Below are positions 18,719 to 28,659 of a stretch of 64,000 nucleotides of DNA, piece after piece. This DNA comes from an uncultured Pseudomonadota bacterium (GTDB lineage Bacteria; Oederibacteriota; Muellerivitia; Muellerivitales; Muellerivitaceae), in assembly GCA_963836235.1 (NCBI GenBank), contig CAWIIP010000005.1, forward strand, positions 69,353 through 133,352, read 5' to 3'. Under the pieces are notes generated by a model. It was not told the origin of the DNA. It saw only the letters and a list, made by a program, of their open reading frames with translations, and did no database searches. Position 1 is the stretch's first letter, and every line of letters starts with the position of its first letter. Both the position numbers and the translations under genes were made by a program.

Positions 18719-21070
18719 TTAAAGCTTTATCTTCTTGCCGCGGTTGGATCGTTTTGGGGAAAGAATTTCTTCTTTTGCCAATTCAACAGTTCTTGGACTC
18801 GTTTGTAAAGGCATGGAGAATGGCCAAATCCCTCCCAAAGAATCCCGGACCCACACTCCAAGACTCTGCCGCTTCAACCAGCCGATCAATAATACGACCC
18901 AGATAAAAAGTGAATACCAAAAGGTATAAACAATTATTCCCGGGTGATAGGACATTTTTACCGTATGATGACCTGGATTTTTAAGCTCCACAACACGGAA
19001 AGCTGAGTCGGCCTGATAAACAGTCTCTTCTTTTCCATCCACTGTGGCCCTCCAACCGGGATAGTAAGTGTCCGATAAAAATAGGAAACAAGGCCGGTTG
19101 TTAGTACAGTCCATCTCCAGGTCGTTGAAATCGTACTGGGTGATTTTCGCCGCTCCAACCCATCCCTGTGGCCAGGAAGGTTTTCCCTCCGGCTCGGCGG
19201 TCAAAATAACTTCTTGGTGCGCGTCCACCTTTGCATCGCGGATGTCGTAAACCGTTTGATCCGTATCGGGATCGACCTCATACCCCCCCACCATGAAGGC
19301 CCGGGGAAAGGCCTTCGTGTCCGTCATGTAACCCGCATTTCCAAGCAAGGGTTGCCATCGATCACTGACTTTCCACTCGGGTCGCTGAAAGCGGTAGGTC
19401 AACCGAATAAGATCAGGTAAAGGCGTTTCATTGTAACGCCATTGTTCCGCAAGATATTTATGGGAAGTCTGGATAAGTACGGGATACCCCGTCATAGCCG
19501 CAGAAATTCGGTGTAAAATTTCATAGTCCTCAATTCCTTCGGGTTGTACTCGCGGATAGCTATCGTCGAGCTGGATTTTTGCTAACAATGAAGGGTCCAT
19601 TATCGTTGCCGGGCTTAAAATAGAATAAGAATTGTCAACGACAAGATGCTTTTCGTCGAATCGCCAAAGATCTGTAATTGTTCCGATTAAAAGAAATCCG
19701 GGTGTCAAAAACAAAAGGAGGGCCCGAGATATCTGCCCAAGTTTCTGACCGCGCCAATACCTAAACCAAGCATCCAATCCCAGCCCCGCCAAACTCGATA
19801 GGGCAAAAGCGGTCACCACCATAATCCGCCCTATGCTTCGATTGTGGCCGAATCCAGGAAGATACTTGAAAAAAAAGAGGTAGAAGGAATGAGTAAAGGT
19901 GGTGGAGTCTCCCATAGCCAACAGAGTGCTGAAAAGAATAACAAGAAAAAGCCACCAAACAAAAGGTCGTTTCAAGAAAAGCCACAAAAATCCTAAAGAC
20001 GCCAAAAAAAATGGGATTAAACCAATATAGATAATGATCTCGTGATAACCCCAGCGCCCAATGTCACCTCCCGGCATCCCCAGAGCAAAAGGTTGAATGA
20101 GAATGCGTAAATACGAAGGAGAAAAATAATCTTTCATTAAATCGTTCCATTGCCAAACCCATCGATCACTCAATCGCGCAAACTGGTAGGCGGGGGCTAA
20201 TTGACACAAGGAAAGGGAGAAAGAGACAAAAACAAAAACTATCTCCGATAGCAGAAGTTGTTTAAACGTAATTTTTCGCCGCACCCATCCCCATCCAAGC
20301 AATAGTCCGCTAAACATCATGGCATACATGTTCATTTGCGGCATACCTTCCAGGACACAAAAACCCATAGCCACCGCAGCTAACAAAATGTCAGAAAAAA
20401 GGCCACTATTCGTGAACCGTTGGACACCAAAAAAAACGAAGGGAATCCAGCTGGCCGCCAAGACAATGCAAGTATGCCCAGCGAATAAGTGTCCAACAAA
20501 AAATCCAGAAAAAGCGAAGGATAGGCCGCCCAAACAACCCGCCAACCATACGCATCCCAAACCACGAATGAAAAAATAAGTTCCCACCGCGGCTAAAAGA
20601 AAATGGAAATAGTAACTTAAGGTGAAGGCATAAGAGACGGAAAAAATAAAAAATAGAAAATTGAGAGGAGCATAAGGACCAGACTCGGTCATAGCCAAGA
20701 AAGGTTGGCCTAAGGCACTAAAGGGGTCCCAAAATGCAGGATAAAAATTTTTGAGGCTTTGAATCCAAACATATTTGTAAGCATAGAAATAGGAAATATC
20801 CATGCAGCCAGGAACCATGTCCGGATGAGTCAAAGGCTTCCAAAAAACGAAGAGGGCAAAGACAGAAAACAGCAAGAACGCACTGAACGAACCTTTATTG
20901 AAAATTTTGGTCAAGGCTTGCTTTTCCAAGATATTTTCGTTTAATGAAATACTGGATATCCAAGAAAAGAAAGACTCACGCCGTCCGGGCGCTGGAAACG
21001 AAGTTGAAAATGACGGGTCTAAAATAATGCCTTTTGCCGGTACTTTCTGTTTTGGAATTGTTTTTTTCAC
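18719..21070 (-). CDS. YfhO-like GT-C membrane protein (paralog A)
   Basis: 783 aa with about 13 N-terminal TM helices. A large C-terminal extracytoplasmic domain is followed by a terminal TM (IIVYTFWYSLFIWVVLLIGWL). The N-terminal motif DISYFYAYKYVWIQSLKNFYPAFWDPFSALGQPFLA resembles the YfhO family. About 45% identical to the paralog at 32818-35148. Confidence 0.6.
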   Translation of the reverse strand: MKKTIPKQKVPAKGIILDPSFSTSFPAPGRRESFFSWISSISLNENILEKQALTKIFNKGSFSAFLLFSVFALFVFWKPLTHPDMVPGCMDISYFYAYKYVWIQSLKNFYPAFWDPFSALGQPFLAMTESGPYAPLNFLFFIFSVSYAFTLSYYFHFLLAAVGTYFFIRGLGCVWLAGCLGGLSFAFSGFFVGHLFAGHTCIVLAASWIPFVFFGVQRFTNSGLFSDILLAAVAMGFCVLEGMPQMNMYAMMFSGLLLGWGWVRRKITFKQLLLSEIVFVFVSFSLSLCQLAPAYQFARLSDRWVWQWNDLMKDYFSPSYLRILIQPFALGMPGGDIGRWGYHEIIIYIGLIPFFLASLGFLWLFLKRPFVWWLFLVILFSTLLAMGDSTTFTHSFYLFFFKYLPGFGHNRSIGRIMVVTAFALSSLAGLGLDAWFRYWRGQKLGQISRALLLFLTPGFLLIGTITDLWRFDEKHLVVDNSYSILSPATIMDPSLLAKIQLDDSYPRVQPEGIEDYEILHRISAAMTGYPVLIQTSHKYLAEQWRYNETPLPDLIRLTYRFQRPEWKVSDRWQPLLGNAGYMTDTKAFPRAFMVGGYEVDPDTDQTVYDIRDAKVDAHQEVILTAEPEGKPSWPQGWVGAAKITQYDFNDLEMDCTNNRPCFLFLSDTYYPGWRATVDGKEETVYQADSAFRVVELKNPGHHTVKMSYHPGIIVYTFWYSLFIWVVLLIGWLKRQSLGVWVRDSLGGIWPFSMPLQTSPRTVELAKEEILSPKRSNRGKKIKL

Positions 21071-21114
21071 ACGCTACTCCATTCCCTTTGAAAAGAAGGA
21101 ATTAAATAATTCGA

Positions 21115-23607
21115 TTAGGGGTTCTTAGCTGGTGTTACGAAAGAAGAGTTATTGTTCAAGTCTATGGAAAGTTCGTCCAAGGATTTATCCCATCCACCCG
21201 AAATGGAATGCACATGGACCGTTGGAAATTGGTGTTCCTGGATAAAAGCCGTCAAAATCTCAACCGAATGATTTCCTGCCGTGAGGTTTAACTTGGACTT
21301 TCGTGGAAGATTACCCTCGGGACTTTTGGTCACCAGTACTTCTCGCCCATCCACCCATAACTCGCTGGTATTGGCCGTTTGAAAACTGACTTCATATTCA
21401 CCCGGAGTGGTCACTTTCCATTCGCCCGTAATTCGGCCAACGTATCCGCCTTGTAGAAAAGGCGCGGGAACTGGATCGTTCCAACGAGCCTCCCGATCCT
21501 CGAATTGGATCATCCCCCGGCCCAAACCTAATCCCGCGTAAAAGCGCCGGAACCAATCAAAGGCGGGTTTGTACCGGACATAGAAATAATCAGTGGGATT
21601 CTGGGATAATTTTTCAAAGGGCACGATGATCCATTTAAGGGAAGTAATGGGCCAAGCGCTTACCCTTTCATGCCATGTTCCCTCAGGGAATGCCCTGCTT
21701 AATTTATCCTTCGCCGGATCATCTCCCCCCCAAATGACTATCGCCAAGTCTTTTCCCTTTTCCCCTTCCACGAGGTCGATGGGATTAGAGTCGATCGCCA
21801 GATGGGCGTCCCTTCCCTCGCAAACTAAGTCCAGTCCGCTTTCCCCAAAATGCGAAGGATTTGGAACTAGGTAAGCCCTTTTCCCGGCGATGGAAGGGTC
21901 ATCCAAAACATCCTGGGCCAGGGTATCGTTCCAGCGCATGTTCATCCATTTTTCCAAAATTTGGACGTTCGTAACCAATGACCAAACTCCGATAATCAAA
22001 AGTAGGACTGTCCCCCATTTCGCTCCATTCCGAATCGTGGAAAAACGAAAAGCTTGCCATAACCGGTAAGCCCCCCAGGCCGCGATCAGATACATTGGCA
22101 GAAGGGTCGCCATCAGGCGATTGGAATGGGCCCCGTGGGTCACGAAGAAGGCGGCGTATCCCACGAAGAAAAGACCAAGAGTAACGCTCTGAATGAGGCG
22201 GGGCCGCGCCAGGAAGGACGCTAAGGCCGCCAGGCCGAAAGCGGGCACGAAGAAATCCATATAGGAATCGCCCTTCATGGGGGGAATGTTCCAGAATGGA
22301 TTCTGGTCGTCCCAGCTGAATAAAAGCTTGAATCCATTCCAAAAATTCGCGATACAATATTTTGTCGCTTCCCATTTGGTCAACTCGAAGCGCGGATCGA
22401 AAATGACCATCTCATTGGGATGGGCCGAGTACCCAGGCTGCATCCAAAGGGGGCTTAACAACATGGCTGTTAGCAGGGACCCGGTGGCCCACTTCCAAAC
22501 CCAGTCATTTCCCCGGCTATCCAGCCCCACTCGAACATAAAGCGCGCCCAGGCCCGCCAAGATCATCCAGAGTCCCCAACCCGAACCGAAAAATTGCACC
22601 CATCCCCATTCGTGAGGCACAACTCGGTTCACGTAAAAAAAAGCGAAAGCCCAACTCAACATCACGGAGAAAGCCAGTGCCCAAGCCATCCGGTTTTTAG
22701 GCCTTAAGGACGGACTCCAAAGCATCCAAAGCCACAAACCTCCAATCAGGACAGGGGTCCAAAGACGAAAAGCCACATAGAGATAAGACCCCAGGGTCAA
22801 GGCCAACCCCCACGCGATGAAACGGGAAAGCTTTGGATTCTTCAAGAGCCGGAAGAGGAAAAGGACCACTAATGCGCAGGCCAAGACATCGGTGTGGAAG
22901 CCAAAATTAATTTTTGAAATTTGGATAAGGGTCTTGCTGATGGTCCCCATTACCATGAGGAGGATGCCTACCCGCCGCCCGCCCACTTCCTTGCCCAGAA
23001 GGTAAAAAGACCAAAGGATAAGAAGGTCCACCACAACGCAGGATATTCGCATGGCGACAATGGCGGTCGCGTGGGGCATAAGAGACCAAAGGGCAGCCGA
23101 AAAATAAGCAAAAAGCGGTTCTCTCGTACCATAAGGCAGGAGGATAGGCCGGTCTCCGGCCACCATGATTTGGAGCGCCTCATTGGCGTAAATCCAATGG
23201 TCATTGTCAATGCAACCCGATATCCGGTGCAGGTCATATAGCCGAAGGATGGCGCCTAACAAAAGAAGCCCGAAAAAAGCCGGTCGGGAAACAAGAGGAC
23301 CTATGTCACCTTCCGGCCCACTTTCGGGAATTTTCCGAAAGAAATAAACCATCCCGGCAAAACCCAGCAAAAGCAGCGGGTAAAATGGAAGTTTGGAAAA
23401 AAGATCCCAGCCAGGAATGAGGAGTTGGGCATTGGGAAGGGACAAGAGGGCCAGGAACGTCAAACCCCAAGAAGCCAACAAGCCCCAAAAAACAGGAGAC
23501 TTCACTATCACTTCGGAAGTCGAAAGAACGGGGACGGAAGTATTGATTTTTTTTACTCGAACGGACTTACGCTGCGGGACGGATTTGCGTCTTTTGGTGG
23601 ATGCCAT
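21115..23607 (-). CDS. PMT/ArnT-like GT-C glycosyltransferase with C-terminal PA14-like domain (tandem paralog 3)
   Basis: Basic N-terminal tail and 12-13 TM helices. GT39/83-like loop GTREPLFAYFSAALWSL. C-terminal GRGMIQFEDREARWNDP...GEYEVSFQTANTSELWVDGREVLV is a PA14-like fold motif. Confidence 0.7.
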   Translation of the reverse strand: MASTKRRKSVPQRKSVRVKKINTSVPVLSTSEVIVKSPVFWGLLASWGLTFLALLSLPNAQLLIPGWDLFSKLPFYPLLLLGFAGMVYFFRKIPESGPEGDIGPLVSRPAFFGLLLLGAILRLYDLHRISGCIDNDHWIYANEALQIMVAGDRPILLPYGTREPLFAYFSAALWSLMPHATAIVAMRISCVVVDLLILWSFYLLGKEVGGRRVGILLMVMGTISKTLIQISKINFGFHTDVLACALVVLFLFRLLKNPKLSRFIAWGLALTLGSYLYVAFRLWTPVLIGGLWLWMLWSPSLRPKNRMAWALAFSVMLSWAFAFFYVNRVVPHEWGWVQFFGSGWGLWMILAGLGALYVRVGLDSRGNDWVWKWATGSLLTAMLLSPLWMQPGYSAHPNEMVIFDPRFELTKWEATKYCIANFWNGFKLLFSWDDQNPFWNIPPMKGDSYMDFFVPAFGLAALASFLARPRLIQSVTLGLFFVGYAAFFVTHGAHSNRLMATLLPMYLIAAWGAYRLWQAFRFSTIRNGAKWGTVLLLIIGVWSLVTNVQILEKWMNMRWNDTLAQDVLDDPSIAGKRAYLVPNPSHFGESGLDLVCEGRDAHLAIDSNPIDLVEGEKGKDLAIVIWGGDDPAKDKLSRAFPEGTWHERVSAWPITSLKWIIVPFEKLSQNPTDYFYVRYKPAFDWFRRFYAGLGLGRGMIQFEDREARWNDPVPAPFLQGGYVGRITGEWKVTTPGEYEVSFQTANTSELWVDGREVLVTKSPEGNLPRKSKLNLTAGNHSVEILTAFIQEHQFPTVHVHSISGGWDKSLDELSIDLNNNSSFVTPAKNP

Positions 23608-23610
23608 AAG

Positions 23611-26157
23611 TTACCGAGTCCCCAGCACGGGGATGGATCCCTGCGAAGAAGCACCTGCCGCCAGTTCGTCCAAGGGAACTTCTCCTGCCGCTCCAGGAGC
23701 CGTAACCATGATCAGGGGAACTTGATGTTCCGCCGCGAAAGCCGTGACCAGTTCCACGTGATGGAGGCCCGCCGCCAGGGAAACCTCCCGAGTCTTCACC
23801 TGACTTTCATCGGGCTTCATTTCCAATACTTTTTTTCCATCCAGGAAAAATCGGAACACATCCCCGGTGTGTAGCTCCAATTTATATTCCCCGGGCGTTT
23901 GGACATTCCAATCCCCTTCCACCCGCATGGAATTATTCCAATCGATGAATTGGCGGGGGGGTAAGGAATCATTCCACCGGGCCGCACGGTCTTCATAAAG
24001 GATCAAACCACGGCCCAAGCCGTAATAACCATAGCACCTGCGCTTCCAAGTCTGGAGCGAAACCCGCCGGACATGAAAAAAAGCCTTCTCGTCTTGGGGA
24101 ATCCGGTTAAAGGGGATCTCGGTCCACCACATATATGGAATATCGCCTTCCCCTTGCAGATAATAACTCTTCTTTTGCCATTGGATTCCGGGAAACTCTT
24201 GCTCTATCTTTTTTTGGCTTTCCACGTCGCGTCCAGCCACGAAAACGGCCAAATCTTTTCCTTTTTCATCGGGCGTTAGGTCAATGCTATTACTATCGGT
24301 TGTTTGAAACAAATCGGCCCCGTCCGCCAAAACCTCCATGGCGCAAGCGGCATAAAAACCAGGATTGTGCTCCACAATATATACCCGGTGGTCGGGCATT
24401 TCCTTTCGGGCCTGATCCCAAACAATGGTGTTTTGGGCCTCCTGGGCGATCCACTCCCAAACGAGCTTATGATTCTGACCCGCTTCCCATCCCAAGCCCA
24501 AAAGGATCACGCCCACGAAAAGGCCGTTCACCCACTTTCCAGACCTGGTTTGAAGAAGGGCAAGCCAAAGCCTGTTAACACCCCAAGCACCCGTCAAGAG
24601 GAGGGGCAGATCGCAAATCACGTAACGGAAGGAATGAGGCCCGTTAGATAGGATTCCCGCCACCGTGCTGACGAAAAAAAGCGAAACGATAAAAGCGGAA
24701 AGCCACCTTGGTCTGGCGATAAAATAGGCGGCTCCCAATAGAGCGCAAGCGGCTACCATAAATTCGTAAAGCGAATCCCCGATGGCGGGCATGCGAGATA
24801 CGTGATCCACTTGCCCGAACAGAAGTTTGAAGGTGAAAGACGTGTTTCCGATAACCTTCGCCCAGCCTTGCCCCGGTTCGGTAAATTTGGAACTAAAAGC
24901 CGAGATATCCGCCACATGCTCCGAATAATGGGGATGAAGGTAAAAAGGAGCCATAATTAGCGCGGTCAAAAGAGCGCCGGTCGCCCACCCAAAAAGCTTG
25001 CTGAATCCCTTTTCTTTTTCCTCCAAGAAAACTTTCGCGTAACTTCCGGCTAAAGCCAGTGCCGCAAGGATGGCCCCGGGACCGGAAAGAAAGCGGACCC
25101 ACCCGCTGGTTTCGGGCAAGAAAGAGTTTTTATAAATGAAAAGGAACGCCCAAGCGACCAGGAGGCCTGGCCCCAGGACTAACCGATAAGGTCCAAATTT
25201 TCTTTCTTTTGGGTCGCTGAATACCCATAGCCAGGCCCCTCCCAAAAAAACTGGAACCCAAGGCCGGAAAGGCACGTAGGCAAAAGCCCCAAAACCGAGG
25301 GCCGCGCCCCATTCGAGGAAATGGGTCATATCGGGTTTCTTAAGAAGCCGGATGAAAAAGAGGGTCGCCGCCGCGCTGGCTAGGACCGCCGTATCGTTGC
25401 CATACTCAAACTTGGTAACCATAATCATGGTCTTGCAGATGGACCCCATGGCTAAAAGCAACAGACCCATCCTGCGTCCGCCGATTTCCTTGCCCAAAAG
25501 GTAAAAAAGCCAAAGTGCCGTCAGATCGATGATGACTGAGCTCCATAAAACGATGATCAGCCCGGGGGCCTTGGGAAATGGCACCCAAAGCAATGCGCTC
25601 AAATAGGGAAAGAGCGCTTCCCTCCATCCGACGGGAAAGAGGAAATAAAACTTGTGGAAGTCCAGCATGTTACGGATATCGGAATCGATCGTGTAATGAT
25701 CGTCCCAGAAAAACCCGACAGGTTGGTTAGGATTTTCCAATCGGAAGAAAGCCCCGACAGCCATAAAAAACCAGAAACCGGTTCGGGCTGCCCAAACAGG
25801 AATATCCCACTCTCCTTCCTGCACAGGTGGTATCAACCTAAAAAAAACTATCAACGCGATGAAGCCAACCGTAACCAGCAAGCCCCCGGGAAGCCTGGCA
25901 AACAAATTATCCGGAGGAAAAGCTTGGATTTGATTGAGAATAAAAGCGTTCCCCTCGTGGAAAAGCAGATTGTAATTAGGAAAAGCAAAAAGACCCGCCA
26001 TCACCACCAACCATGCGATGAGAAGGTATACGAATTTTTCCAGCCCGAAAGAAGCCGATTCGGGCGCCAAAACCGCCACAGCCCTTGGGGCCTTCGCCTT
26101 AGAGAACGGTTTAATATTCCGGGTAGATTTTTTTCTAGACGTTTTTCGGGTTGGCAT
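23611..26157 (-). CDS. PMT/ArnT-like GT-C glycosyltransferase with C-terminal PA14-like domain (tandem paralog 2)
   Basis: Same architecture as its neighbours (REALFPYLSALLWVPFP loop; C-terminal GLGRGLILYEDRAARWND...GEYKLELHTGDVFRFFLDGKKVLEM). It ends 3 nt before the next paralog starts. Confidence 0.7.
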   Translation of the reverse strand: MPTRKTSRKKSTRNIKPFSKAKAPRAVAVLAPESASFGLEKFVYLLIAWLVVMAGLFAFPNYNLLFHEGNAFILNQIQAFPPDNLFARLPGGLLVTVGFIALIVFFRLIPPVQEGEWDIPVWAARTGFWFFMAVGAFFRLENPNQPVGFFWDDHYTIDSDIRNMLDFHKFYFLFPVGWREALFPYLSALLWVPFPKAPGLIIVLWSSVIIDLTALWLFYLLGKEIGGRRMGLLLLAMGSICKTMIMVTKFEYGNDTAVLASAAATLFFIRLLKKPDMTHFLEWGAALGFGAFAYVPFRPWVPVFLGGAWLWVFSDPKERKFGPYRLVLGPGLLVAWAFLFIYKNSFLPETSGWVRFLSGPGAILAALALAGSYAKVFLEEKEKGFSKLFGWATGALLTALIMAPFYLHPHYSEHVADISAFSSKFTEPGQGWAKVIGNTSFTFKLLFGQVDHVSRMPAIGDSLYEFMVAACALLGAAYFIARPRWLSAFIVSLFFVSTVAGILSNGPHSFRYVICDLPLLLTGAWGVNRLWLALLQTRSGKWVNGLFVGVILLGLGWEAGQNHKLVWEWIAQEAQNTIVWDQARKEMPDHRVYIVEHNPGFYAACAMEVLADGADLFQTTDSNSIDLTPDEKGKDLAVFVAGRDVESQKKIEQEFPGIQWQKKSYYLQGEGDIPYMWWTEIPFNRIPQDEKAFFHVRRVSLQTWKRRCYGYYGLGRGLILYEDRAARWNDSLPPRQFIDWNNSMRVEGDWNVQTPGEYKLELHTGDVFRFFLDGKKVLEMKPDESQVKTREVSLAAGLHHVELVTAFAAEHQVPLIMVTAPGAAGEVPLDELAAGASSQGSIPVLGTR

Positions 26158-26179
26158 TTTTTCTCCCTCGCTTTAAAAC

Positions 26180-28621
26180 TTATTGACCCAGGACTTGGGA
26201 GAAACCAATTCCCGGATTTCTGATGGTGACGTCCTCAAACCAGGCGTTCGATATTAAAAAAGATAAATAATGAATTTGATGAGGGCCTTTTGAAAGAAAA
26301 CGAGTCTGAGAAACTGCGTGAGGCCTTATCCATTCGACCGGAATGGACGAAAGGGCTTTCTTCCCGTCGATCCAAATTTGAACCGGATTGGGACTGTTAA
26401 TGGTAAAGGTATATTTCCCATTCTCCGGTACCATCCATTGGCCGTCCGCTGATACAGAATGAGCCCCCATTCCCCCAGGTAACGGGTTCAATTTGGCGTT
26501 AGAATCTTCATACTGAATCATGCCTCGTCCCAAGCCAAAGTAAGTGACATAAACGCGTCGGAGCCACTTTTTTTCCGGAACCACCCGAAACATGAACAAC
26601 TTTCCTGGCTTTTCGGGTATGTCCCCTGCGGGAATGACCACGTCATACATGGTGGGAGGGTCCGCCTTTGATTGGTAATATTCCCACTTTGGAATCCATT
26701 GGGCCTTAGGAAAATCCTTCTTCAATATAGGGGCCCATTGTTTATCCAGCCCGGCAATAATAACGGATAAATCCTTACGAGGCTCGTTCGCAAGAACATC
26801 AATCACATTGGTGGTCTGTAGCAGGTAAAGAGGCTCGCCATCGTGAATGACCCCCTCCACTGCAGGAGAAGCATACCCCATTCCGTCATAAACCCCCATG
26901 TAAACCCGTTTCGTCGGAAGTTGATCCGATATTTCCTGGGAAACCAGGATGTCGGGCCGCATCATGTTCCACCACTTATCGTAAACCCTGGTGAAAGTGC
27001 TCTTCCCTTCCCACGCCCAAAAGACCGTCAGGCCCAGGATTAGAAGAATGCCCATCCAGCGCCGAACGCCCTTTCCGGCCATGAACCCAGAAACCCACTC
27101 TTCCAGTCCCCAGCAGGAAAGCAGCATCATGGCGGGAAAAGCCCCCAGAATTTTCGCGCTGGTGGGATCAACCGTCATAAGTCTGCCGGCCACGCCCACA
27201 AAACAACAAAGGACTAAAAACAACCTGGTCCAAGAAAAGCGGGAGACCGCGAAAACCAGTCCCACGAAGGCCAATACGGCCGCTTGGTAATCAAAAAAGG
27301 GATCGCCTTCCACGTTCATGTCCGAACGGTCATCACCGGTGACAAAAAGGGTCCGGACGCAGATGGACAACTGGGAGATCATGGCGCGTAAGGGGATACG
27401 TTCATCGTGGATTTTAATCGTGATTTCCGGGTCCATCGCCAGCGGATAAACCAAGAAGCCGGCCAAAAGAACGCCCAACCCCCAACTCACCCACAACCGT
27501 TCCTTGCCCTGGGCGGTCCGATAGAAATATCCCATGGCGGTAAAGAGCAAGACTTGGATCACCATCCAAACGGTGAGGTTCCAGCTCCAAAATTTGGAAA
27601 TGGGATTGCTTGGAAAAACGAAGAACAGCCTGTCCAGGAGGAAAAGAAAAAGCCCGGAAAAGGCCGGGATAAGGAAAATAGCCAGGGGCCAGCGGATGGA
27701 TCGGGCCCTCTCCTTCCAAAAAATCCAGGCGAAAGTGACGAAAGCCAGGAAAAGCATCCAAGGCCGATAGGCGATGTAACTATAGAAGCCAAAACCCAAG
27801 AGGAACCCCCATTGAAGAAAATGGGACAAGTCGGGCTTGCGGAATAGGCGGAATTGGAACCAAAGGATAAGGGTAATGATGAAGGGAAGGGTCAAGCCCG
27901 GCATCCCCCCGAGGTTCTGCATGATCATGGGCTTGCTGAAGGTGCCCAGAGCCGCCAGGAAAAGTCCCGTCATCCTTTTCCCCGTTATTTCCCGGCCTAA
28001 CCGGTAAAAGAGCCAGCCCGCCCCGACGTCAAATAGTGTTGAGGTGATTCTTTGCACCAAGAGACCTTTCATGGTCGGGAAAAGCGACCACAAACCCGCC
28101 GCTGCGTATGGGTAGAGGGGTTCCCGGTGGCCGATGGCGAAGGTCATTCGGAATACGTGGAGCTCAAAAATATTGCAGGGATCGATAATGCAAATGGCGG
28201 GATCGTCCCAATAACGTCCCATGGGTTGGTCGCCCCGGTAAAGCCTCATATAAGCGGTCAAGGCCAAGAGACCCAAGAGAGCCGGGTAGGCAATCAATCG
28301 GGGTACATCCAAAGAAGTGGGTTGGGAAGGAAGTCCTCGAAAACCCAAAAATAAAATAAAGGCCGCCAGCCACAGGAGAAAGTTTAAGTGATTGACCGGT
28401 AGCGGGAAAGGAACCCCCAACCACCGAAAGGCATCGAACTGCAGGAAAACCGCCCCCACCAGCAGGAAACCCAGTAAAAGAAGAAAAAAAGTTTCAGGCG
28501 CGACGCGGGTCGGTGGCGCGGCAAGTGTAGAAACGGCGGAAGGGTGGGCCGTCCCCCCTTCCTTTTTCAAAGGAAAGGTCTTCCGGCGGACGACTCTCCG
28601 TTTTCGGTTAGGCTTGGCCAA
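26180..28621 (-). CDS. PMT/ArnT-like GT-C glycosyltransferase with C-terminal PA14-like domain (tandem paralog 1)
   Basis: Same architecture (REPLYPYAAAGLWSLFP loop; C-terminal GLGRGMIQYEDSNAKLNP...GKYTFTINSPNPVQIWIDGKKAL). It starts 38 nt downstream of the NHL gene on the same strand. Confidence 0.7.
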   Translation of the reverse strand: MAKPNRKRRVVRRKTFPLKKEGGTAHPSAVSTLAAPPTRVAPETFFLLLLGFLLVGAVFLQFDAFRWLGVPFPLPVNHLNFLLWLAAFILFLGFRGLPSQPTSLDVPRLIAYPALLGLLALTAYMRLYRGDQPMGRYWDDPAICIIDPCNIFELHVFRMTFAIGHREPLYPYAAAGLWSLFPTMKGLLVQRITSTLFDVGAGWLFYRLGREITGKRMTGLFLAALGTFSKPMIMQNLGGMPGLTLPFIITLILWFQFRLFRKPDLSHFLQWGFLLGFGFYSYIAYRPWMLFLAFVTFAWIFWKERARSIRWPLAIFLIPAFSGLFLFLLDRLFFVFPSNPISKFWSWNLTVWMVIQVLLFTAMGYFYRTAQGKERLWVSWGLGVLLAGFLVYPLAMDPEITIKIHDERIPLRAMISQLSICVRTLFVTGDDRSDMNVEGDPFFDYQAAVLAFVGLVFAVSRFSWTRLFLVLCCFVGVAGRLMTVDPTSAKILGAFPAMMLLSCWGLEEWVSGFMAGKGVRRWMGILLILGLTVFWAWEGKSTFTRVYDKWWNMMRPDILVSQEISDQLPTKRVYMGVYDGMGYASPAVEGVIHDGEPLYLLQTTNVIDVLANEPRKDLSVIIAGLDKQWAPILKKDFPKAQWIPKWEYYQSKADPPTMYDVVIPAGDIPEKPGKLFMFRVVPEKKWLRRVYVTYFGLGRGMIQYEDSNAKLNPLPGGMGAHSVSADGQWMVPENGKYTFTINSPNPVQIWIDGKKALSSIPVEWIRPHAVSQTRFLSKGPHQIHYLSFLISNAWFEDVTIRNPGIGFSQVLGQ

Positions 28622-28659
28622 GTTAAAGAACCGCCCTCTGTGTCATGTTATCCGTTTAA

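Noticed and set aside
21593-23725. Multiple 80-160-aa ORFs on both strands inside the GT-C paralog genes (e.g. 21899-22375, 22921-23241, 23393-23725)
   Set aside because: They are embedded in long, conserved multi-TM coding frames. Their sequences are Pro/Arg/Gly-rich, typical of out-of-frame translation of moderately GC-rich coding DNA.
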